A DNA stretch of 64,000 nucleotides from the human T2T-CHM13v2.0 reference genome, Homo sapiens: the NCBI RefSeq assembly GCF_009914755.1, contig NC_060941.1, one strand, 5' to 3'. The position numbers were made by a program, and so were the translations under genes. Within the stretch, counting starts at the first letter, position 1. The number at the start of each line of letters is the position of its first letter. Shown piece after piece: positions 42,124 to 53,413 of the stretch. Below the pieces are notes generated by a model. The model was not told the DNA's origin and made no database searches. It saw only the letters and a list, made by a program, of their open reading frames with translations.

Positions 42124-43781
42124 CAATTTTATAGTATGTGTCATGTGCAAATGAGAATCTATATTCTATTTTTGTCAGGTAGAGTGTTCTGTAGATATTT
42201 GTTAGGTCTGTCAGGTCAAGTGTCACATTGAGGTCCCAAATATCTTTGTTAATATTCTCCCTTGATGATGTAATACTGTAAGTGGGGTATTGAAGTCTCC
42301 TACTATTATTGTGTGGTTATCTAAGTCTCTTCATAGGTCTCTAAGAACTTGTTTTATGAATCTGAGTGCTTCAGTGTTGAATGCATATGTATTTAGGATA
42401 GGTAAGTCTTCTTATTGAATTGAACCCTACATCATTATGTAATGTCCTTCTTTATTCTTTTTGATCATTGTTGGTTTATAGCCGTTTTTGTTTAAGAACA
42501 TCAACTCCTGCTTCTTTTTGTTTTCTGTTTGCTTAATAGATCTTTCTCCATCCCTTTACTTTGAGCCTGTGGGTGTCCTTACATGTGAGATGTATCTCTT
42601 GAAGACAGCATACAGTTGGGTCTTGTTTCTTCATTCAACTTGCCAGTCTGTGCCTATTATGTAGGGCATTTAACTTGTTTATGTTCAAGGTTAACATCAA
42701 TTAGTGCAGATTCGATCCTGTCGTCATGTTGTTAGCTGGGTGCTATGTAGACTTGCTTGTGTACTTTATAGTGGTGGTGGTCTGTTGTCTTGAATATGGT
42801 TTTGTAATGTTCAGCAGCAGTCTTTAATTTGCAAGTTTAGCCCTCCCTCAATTATCTCTTGTAAGGCAGGCCTGGGGGCAAAAAATTATCTTAGTGTTTG
42901 CTTGTCTACAAAAGATTTTATTTCTCCTTCACTTGTGTAGCTTAGTTTGAAGGATATGAAATTTTTGGTTGTAATTCCTTTACTTTAAGGATGCTGAATA
43001 TAAGCCCCCAATCTCTTCTAGCTTGTAAGATTTCTGTTGAAAGGGCCACTGTTAGCCTGGTGGGATTCCATTTATAAGTGACCTGCCCCTTCACTCTAGC
43101 TGCATTTAATATTTTTTTATTTCATTTCAACTTTGGAAAATCTGATGACAATGTGTCTTGGGAATGGTCATGTTGTATAGTGTCTAACAGGGATTGTCCA
43201 AATTTTCTCAATTTGTATGTCAGCCTCTCAAGTGAGATTGGGGAAATTTCCGTAGACAATATTCCCAAATATGTTACCAAGTTGCTTGCTCTCTCTCCTA
43301 CTTAAGCACCCAGCAGATGGTGTTTAATCACAATCACAGGTGAGTAGGCTCTTGCTCAGCATCGCAGATCCTTTGTATTTACTTGCATTTGCAGCCATGC
43401 TACCTGTCAGTTTTTTTAGGGTGTGAACTCCTCTGCCACTTGAGTGCTGGCTGCAGATATTGGATTTATCCTTTAATTTGCAAAAAAACCATATGTGTTT
43501 TTTTTACTTTAAATAAATCAATAGAATTAATCAAAAAGCAAGAATATAAACATCATTTATTGCATTTTCTTTAAACATCAATATTTTCATTATACATATT
43601 TTATTAATGAGTTTTCAGAGTAGAATTAAAAACAATAAGATTGCAAACTTGAAAGCAGGGAAAAATAATTATTTGAGAAATAAACAAATGTGGTTAATAT
43701 AAATTATAGGTTTACAAATTTTAACAGTGAGATAAAAATAGGTGATGCTTAAAGGAAAAGGATGATTAAAAAAGAGGTTCT

Positions 43782-43950
43782 TCCCCTAACCCCACAAGCA
43801 TTAGGAGAAATACCTAATGTAGATGATGGGTTGATGGGTGCAGCAAACCACCATGGCACGTGTATACCTATGTAACAAACTTGCACGTTCTGCATATGTA
43901 TCCCAAAACTTAATGTATAATGAAAAAAAAAAAGACTTCAAAAAAAAAAA
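43782..43950 (+). mobile_element. Very short L1PA7-like 3' end with about 14-bp 5' inversion
   Basis: agcattaggagaaatacctaatgtagatgatgggttgatgggtgcagcaaaccaccatggcacg; TSD aaaaaagagg(t/c)tc. Confidence 0.92.
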
Positions 43951-44143
43951 GAGGCTCCTTTTTGGATAGGAGGGATGATACTTAGAAGCAGGAAATAATA
44001 TTTTAGTAGAGAGGGAGCTATTAGAGATTGGAAATATAAAATGATGATGCTTTTATGTTCAAGGATATAAAATCTTTGACAAGAAATTAGAAACTATAAA
44101 AAGTGTTAGAGACAAAAAATTCTAAACAGAAATTAGAAAACCA

Positions 44144-44910
<767 letters not shown>

Positions 44911-45026
44911 CTCAAAAAAAAAAAAAAACCCACAAAACTCCTTCAATCAAAAGAGAAACAAATAAAACACTTCAATTCAAACTACATTTCTTCATCCAAC
45001 TAAAAAAACCTTTAAGAATAAAAGTA

Positions 45027-45325
45027 GGCCAGGCACAGTGGCTCATACCTGTAATCCCAGCACCCTGGGAAGCTGAGGCAGGCAGATCACCTGAGGTCGG
45101 GAGTTCAAAACCAGCTTGGCTAACATGGTGAAACCCTATTTCTACTAAAAATACAAAATATCAGCCGGGAGTGGTGGCGCATGCCTGTGGTCCTAGCTAC
45201 TCAGGAGGCTGAAGCAGGAGAATCATTTGAACCTGGGAGGCAGAGGTTGCGTTGAGTCGAGACTGTGCCATTGCATTCCAGCTTGGACAACAAGAGCAAA
45301 ACTCTGTCTAAAAAAAAAAAAAAAA
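45027..45325 (+). mobile_element. AluSq/Sp-like
   Basis: gaggtcgggagttc and acaacaagagcaaaact. Confidence 0.95.
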
Positions 45326-45659
45326 GAATAAAGATAAATCTTATTTAATCCAAAAAACATATGCACTCTTCTTAGCTTTTACTTCTGCCTTCTGTTTATC
45401 AGGAATTACATCTATTTACCTTTCTATAAATCCAAATGGTACTATTCTTTGAAGGCCAGACGTGCAGACTGGCTTATGCCAATTTAGTCATTCTTTCTGG
45501 AAAGTAAATGGCAGAAATTTAAAAGTGTGATAACCATAGGAAAGCAAGTCACATAAAAAATTCTGTCACATAACAATTATTTTAAAAACATTTGCTATCA
45601 AGTAAGCACAAAACAGTAAATATAATCTTTCCATGAACTCAATATAATTCTAGCTCTTT

Positions 45660-45969
45660 GTTGTGTTTTTGTTTTTGTTTTTGTTTTTGAGACGGAGTCT
45701 CGCTCTGTCGCCCAGGCTGGAGTGCAGTGTCGCGATCTTGGCTCACTGCAACCTCTGCCTCCTGAGTTCAAGCAATTATCTGCCTCAGCCTCCCAAGTAG
45801 CTGGGATTACAGGTGCCCACCACCACACCTAGCTAATTTTTTTGTATTTTTAGTAGAGACTGAGTTTCACTGTCTTGGCCAGGCTGATCTTGAACTCCTG
45901 ACCTCGTGATCCACCCACCTCAGCCTCCCAAAGTGTTGGGATTACAGATGTGAGCCACCACGCCCAGCC
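45660..45969 (-). mobile_element. AluSg-like
   Basis: Full antisense dimer, (GTTTTT)n tail; TSD ctctttgtt. Confidence 0.95.
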
Positions 45970-46579
45970 CCTCTTTGTTTTTAGGTTACACAACTACATC
46001 AAAAGATTCACTCAAGGCAGATGCAACAATATTCAAGAGGTGTTCGTTCTGATTATGGCATTCAAATTCACCTAGAATTTGGTGTAAACTTAACTAACTC
46101 ATTAACTCATACAGACCATGGCAGTGTCTATGTTTAAGTACTTTTACATAAATTGCATTTGTCTATATGCTAAGGATTCCAATAATTATTAATTTCAAGA
46201 TGAATTTAACTTAAACTCCCCTGGATTTCAAATTAAAATGAACAAATTGATATTTCTAAATTACTGATTTCTGAAAGACACAGGGAAGATGAAAGCCCTG
46301 GAGGGAGAGATCCGTCAGTCTGTGAGTCATTACTTCATATATACAGATCCCAGAAGGATTCCACTAAACTTCCCTTTTTCCAAGAGGCAGGGGCCAGAGA
46401 TGAAAATAGGCTATTAAACAATAATGTAGAAAACAAATCTCAGTCTTAATAATGATTTCAGGATTCAAATTCTGACTGGGGAGCATGAAAAGCTTCAGGC
46501 TAACTTACACTTGTCATTAATTCCAAGCTAAGGCCAAGGACCTTGGTAATTACCGAGAAGTTGTACTTAGTCACGCAAC

Positions 46580-47180
46580 TATAACAGAGTATTCTCATTT
46601 TTCTAAGAGATAGAGAATAAGGGTTTTTAAAATTATTTGTTTGACTTTTTTCTCCTTTTGCTTTGTTCCCCACTTCATGCTTAGCTCTTTACAAATGCAA
46701 ATATAACCTTTTAACCTACCAGACACTCCCTACAGGGCAAATTCATCTAACTAGGAGCTTGGAAGCTCCAGAGCAGAGCTGCCTCCCACCAGGAGATTCC
46801 CTTGAGAGACAACAGTCAATTTACAACCCAAAATATGCTTGCTATGAAATGCTCTCCCATCTGGAGAGTTTCAGCCACTTTTACAACCTAGTTCTGCCCG
46901 TGAAGGCACCAGCTTGACAACCTGGTAGATAAAGCACCAAACAGAGTTACATGAACCCCACACCTGCTTGTTCCTTCCACTGCATGCCATGCATTCCAAG
47001 CCCCCTTTACAAAGTCCTCACTTTCTGCTGCAAAGGCAAAGTGGTAACCTTAAGTCAGGAATTCTGTACTTCTTCTCTTAGCTAGCTTTGGAATAAAAAG
47101 TCACTTTCTTTATAACAGACCTGACTGTTGTTAATTAGACTCTGCAAGTGGAGAGTAACTGAACCTGTGTTTCAGTTACA
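46580..47180 (+). mobile_element. ERV1-class solo LTR (LTR29/MER72-like)
   Basis: t(a)taacagagtattctcatttttctaagag...ccagacactccctacagggcaaattcatctaacta...aataaa...cagttaca. Confidence 0.8.
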
Positions 47181-47284
47181 AGACCAAGAACAAATATTTA
47201 TCAAATGTAATAAATTACCAACCATGGGTTAACACTTGTTTTAAAAGTATTATTGTATCTAGGTTCACAAATAAATTTGGAATA

Positions 47285-47840
47285 TGTCAGACCTCTGAGC
47301 CCAAGCTAAGCCATCATATCCCCTGTGACCTGCACACTATGCATCCAGATGGCCTGAAGCAACTGAAGATCCACAAAAGAAGTGAAAATAGCTAGTTCCT
47401 GCCTTAACTGATGGCATTCCACCATTGTGATCTGTTCCTGCCCCACCCTAACTGATCGATTGACTTTGTGACAATACACCCTCCCCACCCTTGCGATAAT
47501 GGACTTTGTGATATTCCCCCACCCCGTGAATGTACTTTGTATGATACACCCTCCCCACCCTTGAGAAGGTATTTTGTAATATCCTCCCTGGCCCTTAAGA
47601 AGGTACTTTGTAATATTCTCCCCGCCCTTGAGAATGTACTTTGTGAGATCCACCCCCTGCCCACCAAAAAGTTGCTCCTAACTCCACCATCTGTCCAAAA
47701 CCTCTAGGAACTAATGATAATCCCACCACTCTTTGCTGACTCTCTTTTCGAACTCAGCCCTCCTGCACCCAGGTGATTAAAAAGCTTTATTGATCACACA
47801 AAGCCTGTTTGGTGGTCTCTTCACATGGACACACATGACA
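47285..47840 (+). mobile_element. HERV-H solo LTR (LTR7B/C-like)
   Basis: tgtcagacctctgagcccaagctaagccatc...catccagatggcctgaag...cacacaaagcctgtttggtggtctcttcaca...tgaca; exact 5-bp TSD gaata. Confidence 0.95.
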
Positions 47841-47849
47841 GAATATACT

Positions 47850-48650
47850 TTTCCTTTCTTGTACGGTCTTTGTCTTTGTTATCAAGATTACAGTGGAATC
47901 ACCCAATAAGTTGTGAAGTATTCTTTCTTTTTATACTATCTGAAATATTGAAGTTATCTGTCTTCAATGTTTAGAAGTTCCTGACTGCAAAACTCTCTAA
48001 CCATGATGTTCATATGTATATTTTTATGACTAAGTTTTTGACTACAGAGTCAATGTCTGTAATGACAGAACTTACATTTAGATTTTCTTTTTCTTGGGCA
48101 AGTCATTATCAGTTGTATATTTCCAAGAGCATGTGAATTTTATTCAAATTTTGAGAATCATGAAATAAATGTATTTATATATTTTTGTAACTCTGTAGCT
48201 TTGTTCCCTATTCCCACCCTAATAACACATATTCATGCCTCTTTGTTATTTCATTATGAACCTTAGATATTTGACTATTTTATGAGTCTATTCAAAGAAT
48301 CACATTTGGGTTTACTTGATCATCCAAATAGTTTTATTGTTTTCATTTTCAGAATATTTGATATTTGTTTCATTATTTCTTGCCTTATACTTTACACTTG
48401 ATCATTTTTTAGTTTCCTGATTTCAACAATTAACTCATTAATTTTCAGTCTTTCTGTTTTTCTGCTATAGTTACGGATATAAGTTTTCCTGTTTTTACTG
48501 CTTAATAGTTTCCTCAAATACTTAAATGGGTATCTCTATATTATTCATTTCTAAATATTTAATACCCATAATATTATCTTTTCTAACCCATTGTTGGTTT
48601 TAAACTGTATATATATTTTAAAGATTTCCAAATATCTAGCATGATTTTTC
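47850..48650 (-). mobile_element. Decayed L1ME ORF2 remnant
   Basis: T-rich antisense L1-like text such as ttcaaagaatcacatttggg. Confidence 0.5.
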
Positions 48651-48658
48651 TTTTGTTG

Positions 48659-49216
48659 TGAAGGAAATCAAAGTATTTTACCCCAGAATATGTTTATTTG
48701 ACACTTGATCCTAGCCAAAAGGCCGAGAAGTGATGAATATATTTATTTGAAATATTTTGAAATAGAAGCAAACAGAAGTGGCCTTGCAAAGCTGTCTTTT
48801 GTGGAGGAAATGTGCATCTGTAGATAATCTTCATGAATGCAACTGGGATGTTCCTTTCCAGGCCTTTCCAGGATCTAGGAAAGACTGAGAGTTTGACATC
48901 TTTACATGTCTGAAGGGAAGTATTTACCATCTATTCTTTTTGAGGGCTACTACCTCCGAGGCTGCAGTCACATAACAAGGCCACCTTTGCCAGCCAAGCC
49001 TCCCTGCTTTGGTCATGCTCTGAGTCTGCATTCTTTCTTTAACCTCAAGATGGTGTGTAAGCTTCTGTACCTGGATGGGGATTGGGTGTTTATCCAAAGT
49101 TTCCCCTGTATACACTTTAAATAAATTTGTGTGCTTCTTTCCTTACTGCCTTGGCAAGTTGATTTTTCAGAGACCCTTCAGAGGGCCAAGGAGAAAGCCC
49201 TTCCTTGGTCCTCACA
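48659..49216 (+). mobile_element. MER34-family ERV1 solo LTR
   Basis: tgaaggaaatcaaagtattttacccc...gccttgcaaagctgtctttt...gatttttcagagacccttcagagggccaagg...ctcaca; TSD gtt(g/a). Confidence 0.85.
48701..48734 (-). pseudogene. 3'-truncated, tailless U2 snRNA retrocopy (nt 1-34)
   Basis: Reverse complement atcacttctcggccttttggctaggatcaagtgt vs U2 atcgcttctcggccttttggctaagatcaagtgt (32/34); 16-bp TSD gaatat(g/a)tttatttga. Confidence 0.95.
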
Positions 49217-49720
49217 GTTACATTGCCATTCTTTTACTAGAAAATATTAGAGGGGAGGGAGATTTGACACAGAAACTGGTCTGTATGACAGATACTATTT
49301 TGTGTTGTTGATATTTTCTTTGTGGCCTGATGGAAAGCCAATTTGGGTAAATAATCCATGTGTGCTCAGGAAGAATGTACATTTTCTTATTATTGAGTGT
49401 GTGTGTGCTTATATATACATAATAAAAAATATGTATTATAAATATAAAATATATTTATATTTATATGCACACACATATGTATGCACATTCAAGCAAGCAT
49501 AATAGTTCTGTTTTTCAAATAGTCAATAATCTTGCAGCCCTCAGAATCACAGCAGATTCAGGGACAATGATTGCTAATTGTTGGTTTTACATATCATTTA
49601 CTTGGATAAGATTTCCTAGTGTGAGTCCATTGTTTTTATCGTTGCAATATTACCAGATTTATTTCCTGTATTTGGATGCAAATTTACATGGTTCTTATTT
49701 ATTCAGGCTTTAAAAAATCT

Positions 49721-49812
49721 CACACCAACGTGGCACATGTATACACATGTAACAAACCTGCACGTTGTGCACATGTACCCTAGAACTTAAAGTATAATAA
49801 AAAAAATATAAT
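49721..49812 (+). mobile_element. Very short L1PA (PA4/5-like) 3' end
   Basis: ggcacatgtatacacatgtaacaaacctgcacgttgtgcacatgtaccctagaacttaaagtataataa; TSD aaaaaatct. Confidence 0.93.
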
Positions 49813-49851
49813 AAAAAAAATCTTGTCAACATAATATATCTTTCATTCAGT

Positions 49852-50365
49852 TGTAGAAATGTGCGACCATGAGGACACCATTACCTATGAATGACACGCT
49901 GAGACTGGAAACCCAAAATGATGGTAACTGAGAATGGTGTTAGGACTCTATGTTTTCATCACACTCTCACCTAAGTGAGGACCTTAACAAAAAGGGGGAA
50001 TTTTTTTAAACAAAATTATGGGAGGCCATTATTTTTAACTAAGCTCATGCACTAGGCCCCAGCAGACCACACCAAACAGAAATGGAGTTGTTCTTGCTAA
50101 ATGTGACATAATCAAACAAAGACTTTAAGGAAACACATAAGACCTAGCACAGATCAGGTTTTGTTTTTCTCCTATAAACAGGATATTCCAGCAAGGAGAT
50201 ACCCTCTACTCAGTCCTTTTTCCTACTTTTGCAAAACTCACTGTTCTGCTGTTTCCTAGTGGGTTTCAAGAACAAATAAGTACATTTACGATGGTGATAG
50301 TGACATCAATGACTAATATTTTGGTCATTTTCTCAAAATTGAGAAAATGACCAAAAGAGGGGAAT
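49852..50365 (+). mobile_element. MER57-type ERV1 internal 3' segment with polypurine tract
   Basis: Ends in PPT aaaagaggggaa directly before the LTR; attatgggaggccatt motif. Confidence 0.75.
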
Positions 50366-50793
50366 TGTTAAAGCAAACTAAATATGGCCTGAAAAGGACT
50401 CTCTACTTTTATATTAGAGTCTTTGCAGATGAACTACAACCTGACTTAATAGGCAGACAAGATTGAAAACCTAACTTAGGAGTATGCACCTGCAACAATA
50501 GCTGAGTCTTGGCCAATCTCAGCAGCCGTAGTTCAACCACTCATACACTGCTGAGTGTTCAAACTGTGTTCAAATAAGGCAAATACCGTGCTGTAACCAA
50601 TGCAGTTGTTTCCGTAGCTCATTGCCGATTTATGTATGTCACTTCCCTTGTTTTGTCGATAAATATTTTTCCACCACATGGCTGCACTGGAGTCTCTCTG
50701 AATCTACTGTAATTTCCGAGGACTGCCCGATTAGCAAATTGTTCATTGCTCAAACTACTTTAAATTTAATTCAGCTGAAGTTTTTCTTTTAAA
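50366..50793 (+). mobile_element. MER57-family LTR (3' LTR)
   Basis: tgttaaagcaaactaaatatggcctgaaaaggactc...gtgttcaaataaggcaaa...gctgaagtttttctttta. Confidence 0.9.
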
Positions 50794-51138
50794 AATATCT
50801 TTTCCTGTAAATTTACATTCAGCTTTTACTTTTTTAGGTTTTAAAATTGTCTCTTCCAAGCAGCATGTAACAAGATTTTATTTGTTTTTGTATAACTTGA
50901 AAATTTATGGTCATTTTAATTAACATGTTTACTTATTGATATACATGAATTTTTTTTTACCTTCTGTTTTTTCACTTTTAGTTTACTGTGCTTTTTCTTT
51001 ACTTTTTTATTTTCATTTTTTATTGTTCTCATTTTCTCCCTTTATTCAATTACATTTTATTTTCCCATTCATTTTCTATTACATTAGTTGTTTGCTGTAC
51101 TTTTGTTGTTGTTACTGATTATTTTAATAAGCCTATTT

Positions 51139-51179
51139 GTCCTAACAGGGTCCTAACAGGGTCCAAACAGGGTCCAAAC
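51139..51179. repeat. 11-bp tandem repeat, about 3.7 copies
   Basis: gtcctaacagg gtcctaacagg gtccaaacagg gtccaaac. Confidence 0.9.
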
Positions 51180-51465
51180 TTAATCACTAATTTCACCCTC
51201 TTGTTCCTGGAACATACAGTAGTGAATGTGAAATACAAATCTGTGTAGGGCTTAGCCCTGTGGCGCAACTTCTCCGAGAGGATTTTGTTGTATGCAAAAA
51301 TGTGGCTAATGCAAATAAATAGTTGTGTTTTTTTACTTTTCTTGCTGCTGACAGATTGTTATTAGCGTACCTTTTTACTTAATGTGTTCTAGCTATGTGT
51401 AAGGGCCTTAATTCCCAGACCCAAACTCTTTTATAATTGAGATTAACACAGTCTCTTTCCCTCAC

Positions 51466-51466
<1 letters not shown>

Positions 51467-51509
<43 letters not shown>

Positions 51510-51521
51510 GACACACACACA
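51467..51521. repeat. (CA)n microsatellite
   Basis: Read directly from sequence. Confidence 0.97.
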
Positions 51522-51869
51522 GCAACTGCAGAGTGTACTCACAACTTTACAATTCAATTCATGATTCAGTTTCATTGCCATGACTTCTAGATACCTCCAG
51601 CATCATACTTTCTTGGAACTCACATTTGTATTTTAATTAATTTTGTAATATTTTATGTAGTAATTTTATGCATTAGTAGGAAGAGTGTTTTAAGGTTATC
51701 TAGTATTTAACATAGATAGAACTAAAAGTGCTTAGTCACTAGGATTATGTGTATTAGTGATGTTAATCTCAATCTCTATGGTGTTAAATCTGATCAGGGG
51801 CTACTCTGTAATCTTTTCACATGAACTATCAACAGCATCCAAAGGCCTTGACTTTCTTTTGTCCCTTCC

Positions 51870-52310
51870 TGGAACATTCCTTTCTTCATTTTTATGAAAA
51901 TGCTCTCTTCTAATTTTCCTTCTCCACCGGTACCTTTTTCTCAGTATCTTTTGTCAATGTCACTTCTTTCTGTACATTCTTACCCAAGTTGATATTATCC
52001 ATTTTCATACTTTAATGTCTTCTGAATGCAGATAACTACCAAATTTACATGTTCAACACATTTCTCTTCTATGAGACCAACTCCTCCTACTACTTCTCAC
52101 TTCATTTCATAGGTCCTTCTACGTGAGAACTATTGTCACCACTCAGTTTAGACCTCCCCTTCCTAGTTAGTGATATTCCTATCAATGCACTTCATTAAAT
52201 CAGAGACCTGGAATTCATACATGATTCCCTTTCCACCTCTTCTGTGTTCAGGTGATAAGTATGCCTGTATTTATCCATTTGTTTCATTTGCATTGCTTCT
52301 GAGATCTAAG
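51870..52310 (+). mobile_element. L2 fragment
   Basis: atgcagataactaccaaatttacat (YADDSQIY-like region); cagagacctggaattcat. Confidence 0.55.
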
Positions 52311-53225
52311 TCCATCATTTAGTCTTTTGTAATTTTGAGGCAAAGTTTTTTGAAAAATGCAACATAATCTACAAATACATTACTTATGTTATGTCATAAA
52401 ACATAGCATTATACATAGACATGCATAGGTTAAAAAATGACATGGAAAATTATAATCTTAGTGATTAGACTTATAGATGATTTCTATTTTCTTTTTGGGT
52501 TTTTAAATAATCGTTATATAATTATAATCAGGAAAGCAAGTGATTAAAACAAATTCAAAACTTTTCTTGATACCAGATATGCCAAGGATCATTTTCCTTG
52601 ATAATTTAACCAATCTCACATATGTTCTCTGGCTCAATTGGGCTAACGACTAGGCACATATAATGAGAAAAAAAATCATTTTTATTTTCACATGTGAACT
52701 GAATATGAAAATAGGTCTAATCATAATTTTCAAAATTTGAGTTTAGTAGTGAAGACAAAAAAGTTTATTTGAAAATCAGCATTGTGACTTATGTGTGATT
52801 GGCTACATGTATGTGACTAAAACATTGGGAGTCATGAAATTGAATGAATTACAAGGTCAGATGCGCTTTGTATATTGCTCTGTGCTTCCATTATGTCACT
52901 AAGATTGCATTCCCGTCTGTTAGTGGTCTTATTTATTTATATTTATGCATGCTAAGTTTGAAAGGCCAATGTTGATTCTTTTCGTTGCCTATAATGGTTT
53001 TTTAATGAGGTACATTCATTTGAATTATGAGCAATCTAATATATATTTTGGAATGTGTTGCTTTAAATGACTGCTAATAATTCTGTGAAAGTTTACCTCA
53101 AAGGCTAAAATATATGACAGTTATGTTAGAATTGAGTGATATTGCAAGCACTTTATAAGTTTATTAAAAATAAAAAAGCTTGGATACTGTGTTATTGATG
53201 ACATAATTCACTTAAACGGGTGAGC

Positions 53226-53413
53226 CAGTGTGGAAGAATGAAACACACAAGGACTTTGGCAAAAGACAAGTCTGAATTTTAATCTTACCACATACTGTCT
53301 GTTTAATCTTAAGCAGTTTACTGAACCTCTCTGAGCTATCTATACAACTTGGAAAACCTTACTTTGCAGTATTGTTGTAAGAATCAAATAAAATTCATAC
53401 AAAATGCCTAGCT
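53226..53413 (+). mobile_element. MIR SINE
   Basis: cttaagcagtttactgaacctctctgagc...ttgttgtaagaatcaaataaaat. Confidence 0.7.

Larger units (their letters stand above)
38219..43300 (-). mobile_element. L1PA15/16-like, 5'-truncated in ORF1, interrupted by AluJ and L1PB1
   Basis: 3' end caacttttattttaggtt...tacagattattttgtcatccaggta; ORF2 fragments [20 protein letters not shown] and [15 protein letters not shown]; EN and ORF1 at 42124-43300. Confidence 0.92.

Noticed and set aside
47462-47662. Repeat array that looks superficially like CRISPR
   Set aside because: Internal tandem repeats of the HERV-H LTR7; eukaryotic context and no cas genes
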